Notes: a model not told the origin generated them from the letters alone. A stretch of DNA of 64,000 nt from Beijerinckiaceae bacterium (GCA_051649305.1 JBOFGV010000073.1:59183-123182); one strand, 5' to 3'; positions 28,064 through 39,967 are shown, numbered from the stretch's first letter. Translations and numbers: made by a program.

Positions 28064-29113
28064 TTATCCCAGACGCTCGGTCAAACGGGAGATGACAGCC
28101 TTGACGCTGTCGCCTTCCGCGCGCGCAGCAAAGGTCAGCGCCATGCGGTGCTTGAGGATGGGTTCCGCCAGCGCCTTCACGTCATCAACCGAAGGGGCCA
28201 ACCGCCCATCGAGCAAGGCCCGCGCACGGGTGGCCAGCATAAGCGACTGGCTGGCGCGCGGGCCGGGACCCCAGGCCAGTTTCTCGCCAATGGCCTTGTC
28301 GCCGGTTCCAGGGCGGGCAGCGCGGACCAGATCGAGAATGGCATCGACCACCTTTTCGCCCACCGGCAAGCGGCGGACAAGACGCTGGGCTGTCAGCAGT
28401 TCATCTGTCGTCAGCACAGCCTTGGCCTTGGTCTCGGTTGTACCTGTGGTTTCCAGCATCATGCGCTTTTCAGCATCACGACCGGGAAAATCCACATCGA
28501 TCTGCATCAGAAAGCGGTCAAGCTGCGCCTCGGGCAGGGGATAGGTGCCTTCCTGCTCGATGGGGTTTTGCGTCGCCAGCACATGAAACGGCTTGGGCAG
28601 ATCATAACGCTCGCCAGCCACCGTGACGTGATATTCCTGCATGGCCTGCAACAGGGCAGACTGCGTGCGCGGGCTGGCGCGGTTGATTTCATCGGCCATC
28701 AAGAGCTGCGCGAAGATTGGCCCCTTGATGAAGCGGAAAGAGCGCTTGCCACCGGCGTTTTCATCCAGAATTTCTGTGCCAAGAATATCAGACGGCATCA
28801 AATCCGGTGTGAACTGCACGCGCCGCGCATCAAGCCCCAGCACTGTGCCCAGTGTTTCCACCAGCTTGGTCTTGGCAAGGCCGGGAACACCGACGAGCAA
28901 TCCATGGCCGCCTGCCAGAATCGTGACCAGAACCCGCTCGACCACCGCCTCCTGACCAAAAATCACGGAACCAATGGCGGCCTTGGCTTTTGTCAGGTTT
29001 TCTGCGGCGGTTTCCGCAGCTTTTTCTGCAAAAGCGGCCAGATCGTCGGTCTGTTTGTCGACTGCGCTCACATCATGCTCCGTATCAATTAAACCGCGCG
29101 GGCGCATCCGCAT
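28064..29113 (-). CDS. MoxR-family AAA+ ATPase
   Basis: GVPGLAKT Walker A, LLMADEINRASPRTQSALLQAMQE Walker B/sensor region. Start uncertain (29113, 29107 or 29164). Confidence 0.9.
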   Translation of the reverse strand: MRMRPRGLIDTEHDVSAVDKQTDDLAAFAEKAAETAAENLTKAKAAIGSVIFGQEAVVERVLVTILAGGHGLLVGVPGLAKTKLVETLGTVLGLDARRVQFTPDLMPSDILGTEILDENAGGKRSFRFIKGPIFAQLLMADEINRASPRTQSALLQAMQEYHVTVAGERYDLPKPFHVLATQNPIEQEGTYPLPEAQLDRFLMQIDVDFPGRDAEKRMMLETTGTTETKAKAVLTTDELLTAQRLVRRLPVGEKVVDAILDLVRAARPGTGDKAIGEKLAWGPGPRASQSLMLATRARALLDGRLAPSVDDVKALAEPILKHRMALTFAARAEGDSVKAVISRLTERLG

Positions 29114-29438
29114 GCGTCGCTCTGAATGGCAGTGTGACGCAATCCACAGCAATGACAACCACATGCTTCAATAAAATAATTCAGCTGATCCCACTTTCAT
29201 GTGATCAACTGTTTTCAGAACGGGAAATGATGGTTTCTTCGTGGCAAGGGAAAGGTCATTTCCCTTTGACTGCCAGCTATTCACGGCCACCGGCATGCAG
29301 CGCCACCGTGTTCTTGCGGCGATCAGTTGTGAGACAGAGTACCGTTCCATGTATTCCGACATGATGAGCTGCACCGCCCTTTGACACTCTCGCGAAACCT
29401 CGAATATTGTACAGTCCATCGCTGGAGAATGTAGTCGT

Positions 29439-30710
29439 ATGCGGGCGGTTGTTGCATTCATTGTGCTTCTTGCGGGTGGGGCAGCGGCCTGCGCCCAGCA
29501 AGCACCGCAACCAAAACCGCAGCCCATGCAAATCATGGTCGTTCGTGGTGCCGGGGAAGCCTGCGAACCCAATTGTCCTGAGTGGATATCCGCGCAGGGC
29601 GCAATCACGCGTGATACACCTGCCCAGTTGCAACGGGTTCTGGCCACGCTCCGCGGGCGCAAGCTTCCCGTCATCATCCAGTCCACCGGGGGTCACGTCG
29701 ATGCAGGCCTCAGAATGGGCCGCATGATCCGCGCAGCTGGACTAACAGCTGCTGTTGGAAGCAGCACGTTGCCTGAGCCCTGCAAGGCAAACGACAGTGC
29801 CTGCTTACGGGAGCGGCGGGCAAAACCTGTGCGCGGCAACTTTAAACTGCGCCGCGCCTATTGCGCCTCGGCCTGCACCTACATGCTCGCAGGTGGTATC
29901 CGCCGTATCGTCCATCCTGATGCACTGCTCGGTGTTCATCGCGTCAAACACACGAGGACCCACCACAAGATCTATCGACGCTACTTCGTGCAGAAGCGCA
30001 TGGTCAACGGACGCATGGTGGAGGTGAGCCGCCGGTTGATTTCAGAGAAGACGATCACAGGAAAGACTGTCACCGTAGACACAGGGCCAGAGGCTGCGGT
30101 CAACAAGACTCTGGAGCGCCATTTTCAGACCATGGGACTTGCTCCGGAATTTCATGCGCTTACGGTGGCTACACCGGCCGATACCCTCCGGTACCTGACA
30201 CCGGGCGAAAGCCGTAGTCACCGGATTGCGACGGACATGACCGAATTTTTCAGCGCCCTGGGCTTTGATAGCACCAATCCATTCTTCAGCACGCCATCTC
30301 GTCCAACGGCCTATCTCGGCTACAAGCCGATGGGGACCTACGATGGCGGCAACACCATGATGGAGTTTTTCTTCGATCCGACCCGGGGTGACCATATCAC
30401 AATCAACCTGATGCAAGGCACGAAGCGGTTGAATAGCAGTCATCTCCGCCTCTCGGCATTCTCGCGCCCCGACTTTGTCGCCATAGCAGTAGCAGAGGAG
30501 CAATCACCCTCTGGGCCTTTGCAGTTTCACCTGCCCCATAATGCCTTCTGCAACCTCAGGCCGATGCACTCGCTCACAGTCACCATCATGGCCAAGGAAG
30601 CCGGGCCAACGGTCGCCCCCCTCTGGACGCGTTCCGGCACCAGCGCTGATCTTCTGCCGTTAGCCGGTCTGCAAAGCGCAATCTGCACAAGGAAGAACTG
30701 GGAACCCTAA
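29439..30710 (+). CDS. secreted hypothetical protein with N-terminal ClpP/SppA-like fold region
   Basis: Signal peptide MRAVVAFIVLLAGGAAACAQQ. IIQSTGGHVDAG...YCASACTYMLAGG...LLGVHR resembles the ClpP-fold motif order. The C-terminal ~240 aa are unrecognised. Confidence 0.55.
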   Translation: MRAVVAFIVLLAGGAAACAQQAPQPKPQPMQIMVVRGAGEACEPNCPEWISAQGAITRDTPAQLQRVLATLRGRKLPVIIQSTGGHVDAGLRMGRMIRAAGLTAAVGSSTLPEPCKANDSACLRERRAKPVRGNFKLRRAYCASACTYMLAGGIRRIVHPDALLGVHRVKHTRTHHKIYRRYFVQKRMVNGRMVEVSRRLISEKTITGKTVTVDTGPEAAVNKTLERHFQTMGLAPEFHALTVATPADTLRYLTPGESRSHRIATDMTEFFSALGFDSTNPFFSTPSRPTAYLGYKPMGTYDGGNTMMEFFFDPTRGDHITINLMQGTKRLNSSHLRLSAFSRPDFVAIAVAEEQSPSGPLQFHLPHNAFCNLRPMHSLTVTIMAKEAGPTVAPLWTRSGTSADLLPLAGLQSAICTRKNWEP

Positions 30711-30731
30711 AGTGTTGCCCGCGGGAAGTGA

Positions 30732-33347
<2,616 letters not shown>

Positions 33348-33413
33348 GTCTGGCTTCCCTCATGCGGCGAAGAATGGACACCGGATCCCTGAAAGGCAAT
33401 CTGGCTGGAGACG

Positions 33414-33443
33414 AATGTAGGTTCGCCCTTTCGATTGTGAAAG
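33414..33443 (-). promoter_or_regulatory. candidate sigma-32 (RpoH) promoter of clpB
   Basis: Minus strand reads CTTTCA-16 nt-CCTACATT, 67-96 nt upstream of the clpB ATG. Resembles the alphaproteobacterial CTTG-N16/17-CYTATNT consensus. Confidence 0.35.
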
Positions 33444-33490
33444 GGGTATGTGACATTGCTTATCATCGAGACTTTCCGCCAGATTGATTC

Positions 33491-33802
33491 ATGTCAGCAC
33501 CCACCCGCCGCCACACCGAACTGCGCAAGGGACTGCGCGTCCTCGCGCCGCTCATTCCCTATGCGGACAGCGAACCCGTGCTGGAACGTGCGGCCAAACT
33601 GACCAAGGCTGATCTCACCGTCAACGCTGCGCTTTGGCTGGCGCTGGTGGCGCACGTCCGCCACCGGTTTACGGACTATGATTCCCTGCTGGACGAGGGA
33701 TATGACCGCGATGCGGCGCGGCACTTTGTGGTGGATGCGACTGAGGAGATGTTGACGCGCTGGGGATGCACGAAGCGGATTGATACCGAGGCGGAGGACT
33801 GA
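33491..33802 (+). CDS. DUF2293-like protein
   Basis: 103 aa. HVRHRFTDYDSLLDEGYDRDAARHFV matches my memory of DUF2293. Confidence 0.6.
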   Translation: MSAPTRRHTELRKGLRVLAPLIPYADSEPVLERAAKLTKADLTVNAALWLALVAHVRHRFTDYDSLLDEGYDRDAARHFVVDATEEMLTRWGCTKRIDTEAED

Positions 33803-33810
33803 CGGCCACC

Positions 33811-34998
33811 TCACGCCGCCGGGATAGGTGATTGCGATACCTCATCGCTGCCGCAGCGCAAACTGGCGAGCAGTGCTTCATCAAGAGCGATGCCAAGGCC
33901 CGGTCCATCCGGAAGCCTGGACACGCCGCCAACAATATCTGGCAGAGCTGGCGTCGCCAGTTCAGTAAAAAGCGCTGATTCATCGAGCTGGATCTCCAGC
34001 ATGGTGCCCGGCATCGTGGCGCAAAGATGCAGACTGCCGACATGGCAGATGGGTCCGGTGGGATTGTGCGGGGAAAACTCAACGCCATTTTTCTGAAGCA
34101 TTTTGGCCGTGCGCAGCATTTCATCCGGGCCACCGACGTACTTCATGTCTGGCATCATCACATCGTAAGCGCCACGCTGCGCAAAAGCTTGGAAGCTCCC
34201 GGCACCCACGAACTCCTCCAGTCCGGCCAGTCTCATGCCGGACTTGTTGCACAGACCACGCAGCCCAACGAGACTGTCGATATGGCTTTCCGTCTCGGCA
34301 ATCGGACATTCGAGCCAGTAGAGTCCGAAAGCGGCAACATCTGATACGAGTGACCGTGCAGCCTCAGGCGTAAAGCGCCAGTGGCAATCCACCATCAGCC
34401 GTGCGTCTGCACCAATTTCTTCGCGCACGGCGGCGATGCGCTCAAGCCCTGCCTTGATCATCGATCCCGCTTCGCCTTTGGCACAAAGCGAAGGGGTGAC
34501 GCCATCAAAGGGTGCAATCTTGAAAGCACTGAAGCCTCTGCCTAACGCGTAGCCTGCGCTGTCAGCAAAGCCTTGCGGCGATCGATCATTGGTTCGCCGG
34601 TTGATATTGGCATAGAGTGGAATACTGGCATCCGGGTCACCGCCATGAAGCACAGTCAACGGCTTGCCCTTGCGCTGTCCAGCCAGATCATCCCTTGCCA
34701 GCTGAAAGGCAGACCAGAGCGAAGCAACCGGCAGCGAAAGAACTTCGAGAGGCCCTTGCGGGTAATCGTCGCCATTCTTCCATGCAGGGAGGCATTGTTG
34801 CGCGGCTGCTTCAAGCAGCGCCTCGCGGCCAGCCAGCGTTGCTTCCCCTGTCCCGATCCGGCCTTCGTGATCTTCAAGGCGAAGGAATGTCCAGATTGTC
34901 TTCGGGCTGATGCGGGCATAATCAAGTTTGATAGAGCGAAAACCCTTTGTCACGACCCTGCCCTTCCATCGTTGGTTTGCAAGCTTTGGCGATCTCAT
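33811..34998 (-). CDS. enolase-superfamily enzyme (mandelate racemase/muconate lactonizing family)
   Basis: MVDCHWRF...YWLECP...GLEEF metal-ligand region layout. The listed 498-aa ORF overlaps the divergent tctC-like gene, so the start is placed at MRSPK (34998). Start uncertain. Confidence 0.7.
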   Translation of the reverse strand: MRSPKLANQRWKGRVVTKGFRSIKLDYARISPKTIWTFLRLEDHEGRIGTGEATLAGREALLEAAAQQCLPAWKNGDDYPQGPLEVLSLPVASLWSAFQLARDDLAGQRKGKPLTVLHGGDPDASIPLYANINRRTNDRSPQGFADSAGYALGRGFSAFKIAPFDGVTPSLCAKGEAGSMIKAGLERIAAVREEIGADARLMVDCHWRFTPEAARSLVSDVAAFGLYWLECPIAETESHIDSLVGLRGLCNKSGMRLAGLEEFVGAGSFQAFAQRGAYDVMMPDMKYVGGPDEMLRTAKMLQKNGVEFSPHNPTGPICHVGSLHLCATMPGTMLEIQLDESALFTELATPALPDIVGGVSRLPDGPGLGIALDEALLASLRCGSDEVSQSPIPAA

Positions 34999-35080
34999 GA
35001 ATCGATCTTGCAATCGATCCTGACTGGAATACGCTGTCCGCAAAAGAACGAATAGCTGAGCAAGGGCAAAAGGGAAACGC

Positions 35081-36094
35081 ATGGGCAAGCTGGCAGAGGG
35101 TGTATGGGGCAACAGGTTGCGGGGCCCGGTGCTTGCCGCCGCAGTATCAATCACAGCAGCGCTGACATCTGTCTCATCAGCCAATGCGCAGGCTTGGCCG
35201 TCACAACCTGTCACCATTATTGTTCCCAGTGCCCCCGGCGATGGATCAGACGTGACAGCACGGCTTCTCGGCGAGAAACTGCGCGAAGCCCTGGGACAGC
35301 CCTTCATTGTTGAAAACCGTGTGGGCGCAGGCGGCGTTGTGGGTTCAACGGCAGCCGCGCGTGCAGCACCTGACGGCTATACTTTCATCATGGGCAATGC
35401 CGGATCACACGGCATCAACGCTGCGATCTATGCCGACATTCCCTATGATGCCCTCAAGGATTTTACGCCTGTTTCGCTGGTCTACCGCGCCCCGAACATC
35501 TTCGTTGCCAGCCCAAAGTTTCCCATCAAGACCATGGGCGAACTGGTCACCTATGCGAAGGCCAATGCCGGCAAGGTGAGCTATGCCTCGGGCGGCAACG
35601 GCTCGTCTGCCCATATGAATGCTGAATATTTGAAACTGCTGACCGGGATTGAGGCTACCCATGTGCCCTACCGTGGAGCCAGCCCCGCACTCAACGATAT
35701 CGTCTCCGGACAAATGCAGTTCATGTCGGTGAACCTCCCACCGGCTATCGGTCTGGTGAAGTCGGGTCAGATAACACCGCTGGCCGTTACCTCGCGCAAG
35801 CGTGCGCCGGGATTGCCCGATGTCCCGACAATGGAAGAGGCCGGTTTTGCTGGCTATGAAACGGTCGCCTGGTTTGGGCTTCTGGCCCCCAAGGGGATAT
35901 CACAGGATATCGTTACGAAGCTGCATCAGGAAATTGCCAAGGTTTGCACAGACAAGGCATTTACAGAGCGGTTGGTGGCACTCGGCGGTGAAACCGTCTG
36001 CAACAACCCCACCGAGTTCGGGCAGTTCCTGCAGGCGGACATCACGCGCTGGAAAGAAGTTGCAGCAAAAGGCAATATCAAGCTGACGCCTTAG
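35081..36094 (+). CDS. Bug/TctC-family tripartite tricarboxylate transporter substrate-binding protein
   Basis: WPSQPVTIIVPSAPGDGSDVTARL...VENRVGAGGVVG is the typical Bug-family N-terminus; signal peptide present. Confidence 0.85.
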   Translation: MGKLAEGVWGNRLRGPVLAAAVSITAALTSVSSANAQAWPSQPVTIIVPSAPGDGSDVTARLLGEKLREALGQPFIVENRVGAGGVVGSTAAARAAPDGYTFIMGNAGSHGINAAIYADIPYDALKDFTPVSLVYRAPNIFVASPKFPIKTMGELVTYAKANAGKVSYASGGNGSSAHMNAEYLKLLTGIEATHVPYRGASPALNDIVSGQMQFMSVNLPPAIGLVKSGQITPLAVTSRKRAPGLPDVPTMEEAGFAGYETVAWFGLLAPKGISQDIVTKLHQEIAKVCTDKAFTERLVALGGETVCNNPTEFGQFLQADITRWKEVAAKGNIKLTP

Positions 36095-36312
36095 CCGTGG
36101 GCTCATAAACAGAGGGTGTTTGATGGGTTGAGAGGCAAACTGGACTCAAGCAGCTGTTGCCTTTCGGACCCTCTGCAGGCGCGGTAAATTTCTACCCTCT
36201 TTTCCTGCCCCTTCCTTCCAATCCCGACTGTTTGCTGCGGAAAGGCCAGAGAAGCCTGAACACCAAATTCCCTTTAGCCAAATATCGCTCTGTTTATGAG
36301 CTCACGGCTTAG
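36090..36312. repeat. 25-bp inverted repeat pair (23/25) enclosing a 173-bp spacer, MITE-like
   Basis: CTTAGCCGTGGGCTCATAAACAGAG (36090-36114) versus the reverse complement of 36288-36312 (CTAAGCCGTGAGCTCATAAACAGAG). Each arm contains the stop codon of one convergent gene. Confidence 0.75.
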
Positions 36313-37420
36313 TTTTTCTTGGTTCAATACGAACTGTCTTTGAATCAAAAGTCACCTTGAAGCGCGAAAGAAAGCTCATGCCCAAAAGCCCGTCAACGCC
36401 ATCACCATAGGTGCCTTTGACATCTGCCTGAACCAGAACCGCAACATTCTTGGCTTCAATTGTCTTGAGCATAATGGTTTCTGCCCGGCCCCGATTCGCT
36501 TCCGTTATTCCATTGGCCGTCCCCATGCGAACAGTCGCAGCAGGATCAAACTGAACCTTTGCCTTTTGTGCAAAGCTCTTCTTCATGGTGACAAAGGTGG
36601 CCCCAGTATCCAGCATGAATGTGCCACGCACGCCATTCACCATCAGACTTGCAGTGATGACATTGTTCTTACGTGCAATTGGGATGATGACAGGCGCGGA
36701 AAGATTGACTGAATTGCACCGGCCTTTGGCGGCATAGTCAGCCAAAATTGCCCGTGTTTGACTGGTATCATTCTTGCCAGGGTTGATGCCAACCCAGGCT
36801 TCAATTGGTCCAACGGCATCACAGAACTGACCCAGTTTCTCATAGCTTCGAGCCAATGCAAAATATCCAACACTTGAAATGCGCTCCTTGTTCCCAAAGA
36901 GCTCAATGGCGGTGATATAATCTCCAATGGCCTTCTCAGGCTTGCCTGCCCGATCATTGGATAGGGCACGCAGATAATAACCATTGTCACCAAACGGTTC
37001 GAGACCAATCAGGTCTTCGGACTTTTGCGCGGCAGCGTCAAAATCACGGATCGTGAGCAAGATATTGATGGCACGCCGCATGGAGGGGGCGTGCCCCTTA
37101 CAATGCATGGAGAAGCCAGTGTAGGAATTGGCAGCTTCACGCCTGTATCCAACCTTCTCCAAGGCATCACCCAGTTCAAGAATGGCGGCTTCGTCACATG
37201 CTTCACGTGCAAGTGTATCGATGGCTTTTCTCACTGCCAAAGTATTCATGGCCTGTCGCGGGAGCGTTACACCCAATCTTTTCATGGCTTCAACACGCGG
37301 GATATCATCCTCATCCGCTGTCGATTGAGCCAAAACAAGTGTTGGAACAATAAGAAGGGCAATCCAGCAATGGAAAACCAATTTCGTCAAGCAAGGCAGT
37401 AATTTTGAGTGCATAATCAT
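36302..37420 (-). CDS. secreted TPR-repeat protein with C-terminal retropepsin-like (clan AA) aspartic protease domain
   Basis: Signal peptide, TPR-like middle region and C-terminal FMLDTGATFV (DTG active-site motif) ...LLGMSFL. G+C counted at 43-47% on two 60-nt lines. Confidence 0.8.
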   Translation of the reverse strand: MIMHSKLLPCLTKLVFHCWIALLIVPTLVLAQSTADEDDIPRVEAMKRLGVTLPRQAMNTLAVRKAIDTLAREACDEAAILELGDALEKVGYRREAANSYTGFSMHCKGHAPSMRRAINILLTIRDFDAAAQKSEDLIGLEPFGDNGYYLRALSNDRAGKPEKAIGDYITAIELFGNKERISSVGYFALARSYEKLGQFCDAVGPIEAWVGINPGKNDTSQTRAILADYAAKGRCNSVNLSAPVIIPIARKNNVITASLMVNGVRGTFMLDTGATFVTMKKSFAQKAKVQFDPAATVRMGTANGITEANRGRAETIMLKTIEAKNVAVLVQADVKGTYGDGVDGLLGMSFLSRFKVTFDSKTVRIEPRKTKP

Positions 37421-37482
37421 ACCCCAGGCCGCAGAAGTATATTGAAGTGTCTCTGCACATCAAGGCGGAGTTAGCTGAAAAA

Positions 37483-38277
37483 TTACGATTGCCCTTGGCT
37501 CATATCCCGGCGCAGGGTTGGCAGGCCAATGCCACTGGCTTCAAAGCCGCCATCCACCGCCAGCGCCTGTCCTGTGATGTACTGCGCCTGATCTGAACAC
37601 AGGAAATAGATCGAGGCCGCCAGTTCCTCTTCAAGTCCGTAGCGGTTGAGCGGAATGTGATCGTGATAATCCTTGCGGATTTCAGCCGTATGCACCTGCT
37701 TTGCCATCGCGGTATCCACCGGGCCGGGGCAGACACAGTTGGCGCGAATGCCCAGTTCTCCAAGCTCAACGGTCTGCTGTTTGGTCAGATGGATGAGAGC
37801 TGCCTTGCTGGTGCCGTAGGCAACACGCAGTGTGGAAGCGCGTACACCTGATATCGACGCCACATTGACGATGGCACCCGTTCCACGCTCCGCCATGATG
37901 CGCGTGGCGGCCTGCGCGCAATAGAACGGGCCATTGAGATTGACCGCCATGACGCGCGTCCAGTCCTCTGGCGAGGTTTCCTGAATGGGGCGGAAAACCG
38001 CTGTTCCGGCATTGTTGACGAGCGCATCCACTCGCCCGAAGCGCGCGCGGACAGCCTCAAAAGCCTGATTGACGGCGCTGACATCGGAGACATCACAGCG
38101 GATGGTCATAATCCTGTCAGGCGCATGCAGCGCCTCGGCTTCTGACACCATCAGGTCATCCAGCACATCGAGCATGACGATGCTCCAGCCTTCAGCGAGA
38201 AAACGCTTCGCTGTAGCCAGACCGATGCCCCGCGCTGCGCCGGTGACAACAGCAACCTTGGTTGAATGCTGGGTCAT
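37483..38277 (-). CDS. SDR-family oxidoreductase
   Basis: VVTGAARGIG cofactor motif and YGTSKAAL catalytic motif; 264 aa. Confidence 0.9.
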   Translation of the reverse strand: MTQHSTKVAVVTGAARGIGLATAKRFLAEGWSIVMLDVLDDLMVSEAEALHAPDRIMTIRCDVSDVSAVNQAFEAVRARFGRVDALVNNAGTAVFRPIQETSPEDWTRVMAVNLNGPFYCAQAATRIMAERGTGAIVNVASISGVRASTLRVAYGTSKAALIHLTKQQTVELGELGIRANCVCPGPVDTAMAKQVHTAEIRKDYHDHIPLNRYGLEEELAASIYFLCSDQAQYITGQALAVDGGFEASGIGLPTLRRDMSQGQS

Positions 38278-38290
38278 GATCCGCCCTTCC

Positions 38291-39967
38291 TCATCGACCC
38301 TTGGCGATGGCTTCCTTGCGGATGTCCGTCAGGCTTCGGCTGGGCGTAATCGCCTCGCTGTCCACGATGCAATGGATGATTGCGGGCTTGCCTGAAGCGA
38401 CACAACGCTCGAAGGCAGGCGCGAATTCCGCCGTCTTGCGCACGGTTTCACCGTAACCGCCGAAAGCGACGGCATAGGCTGCAAAGTCAGGGTTTTTAAG
38501 GGCTGTCGCCGAAACGCGGCCGGGATATTCCCGCTCCTGATGCATGCGGATGGTGCCATACATGCCGTTGTCGACCACGACGACGACCATCGGCAGATCA
38601 TACTGCACGGCGGTGGCGAACTCCTGCCCGTTCATCAGGAAGCAGCCATCGCCCGCAAAGCACACCACCGGCGTTTCCGGCTGCAGGCGCTTGGCGGCAA
38701 TGGCTGCCGGAACGCCATAGCCCATCGAGCCGGAGGTTGGCGAAAGCTGCGTACCGTATTTGCGGAAATGGTAAAACCGGTGAATCCAGATGGCGTAATT
38801 GCCAGCACCGTTGGTGATGATGGCGTCTTCCGGCAAATAGTTGCGCAGCCAGATCATCGCTTCGCTCATCTGCAGATCACCAGGCGAGCGCGTTGGTTGC
38901 GCACCCCAGGCGACAGCCGCTGTGTTGATCTCGCGCGTCCAGTCTTTCCATGGAATGGTGTTGGGTGGCTGCTGGCCTTCCATCGCCGCCGTGAAGGCTT
39001 CCGGCGACGCGTTGATCGCAAGCTCTGTCGCATAGACGCGGTTCAGTTCCTCGGGATCAGGGTGGACATGGATGAGTTTCTTGCCGTCGCCGGGGATATC
39101 AAACAGCGTGTAGGAAATGGTGGAGGCTTCGGACAGTTGATCGCCGATGCAGAGTACCAGATCAGCCTCCTTGATGCTTTTCGTCAGCGCAGGGCTGATG
39201 CCAAGGCCTGCATCACCGGCAAAGTTTGGGTGCGTTGCCGGGAAGTAGGACTGTCTGCGAAAAGTGGTGGCCACCGGCAGGTCAAAACGCTCGGCAAAGC
39301 GGATCAACCGCTGCACGGCGACTTCGCTCCAGCGGCTACCCCCCACCAGCACGAAGGGGCGCTTGGCGGCCCAGAGCCGCTTTTGCAGATCAGCCATCAC
39401 GGTCAGGCCCGGATGTGTTTCCACCTGCTTGAAGGCGGGCGCATCAGGCACTTCGGCCAGTTCCACCAGCATGTCTTCAGGCAGGGCGATCACGACAGGG
39501 CCGGGGCGTCCGCTGGTAGCAACATGAAAGGCGCGCGACAGCAATTCCGGAATGCGGGCTGCATCGTCAATTTCTGTTGCCCATTTGGCGATGCCGCCGA
39601 AGGCTGCGCGGTAGTCGAGTTCCTGAAAGGCATCACGCTCGCGCATGCCTTTTTCGATCTGGCCCACGAACATGATCATGGGTGTTGAATCCTGCATGGC
39701 CACATGAATGCCGTGGGCGGCGTTGGTGGCTCCGGGTCCACGTGTCACCATGCAGATGCCAGGCTTGCCCGTGAGCTTGCCAACGGCCTCTGCCGCCATG
39801 CTGGCCCCTGCCTCCTGACGGCAAACCGTGATGCGCACATCAGCATCATGCAGCGCATCAAGCACGGCGAGATAGCTTTCTCCCGGTACGCAAAAAATAT
39901 CGGTGACACCGTGGACCAGCAACTGGTCCACCAGAATTTGTCCGCCCGTGCGTGATTTCAGCGCCAT
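38291..39967 (-). CDS. thiamine-diphosphate-binding enzyme (acetolactate synthase-like family)
   Basis: GDGCFLMNGQE...VVVDNGMYG ThDP-binding motif. N-terminal Pyr domain begins at MALKSRTGGQILVDQL. Confidence 0.85.
   Translation of the reverse strand: MALKSRTGGQILVDQLLVHGVTDIFCVPGESYLAVLDALHDADVRITVCRQEAGASMAAEAVGKLTGKPGICMVTRGPGATNAAHGIHVAMQDSTPMIMFVGQIEKGMRERDAFQELDYRAAFGGIAKWATEIDDAARIPELLSRAFHVATSGRPGPVVIALPEDMLVELAEVPDAPAFKQVETHPGLTVMADLQKRLWAAKRPFVLVGGSRWSEVAVQRLIRFAERFDLPVATTFRRQSYFPATHPNFAGDAGLGISPALTKSIKEADLVLCIGDQLSEASTISYTLFDIPGDGKKLIHVHPDPEELNRVYATELAINASPEAFTAAMEGQQPPNTIPWKDWTREINTAAVAWGAQPTRSPGDLQMSEAMIWLRNYLPEDAIITNGAGNYAIWIHRFYHFRKYGTQLSPTSGSMGYGVPAAIAAKRLQPETPVVCFAGDGCFLMNGQEFATAVQYDLPMVVVVVDNGMYGTIRMHQEREYPGRVSATALKNPDFAAYAVAFGGYGETVRKTAEFAPAFERCVASGKPAIIHCIVDSEAITPSRSLTDIRKEAIAKGR

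Noticed and set aside
34999-35307. N-terminal 100-aa extension of the enolase-superfamily ORF (listed as 33811..35307)
   Set aside because: The extension overlaps the divergent Bug/TctC gene and its signal-peptide region and has no similarity to enolase-superfamily N-termini. The start was moved downstream but remains uncertain.
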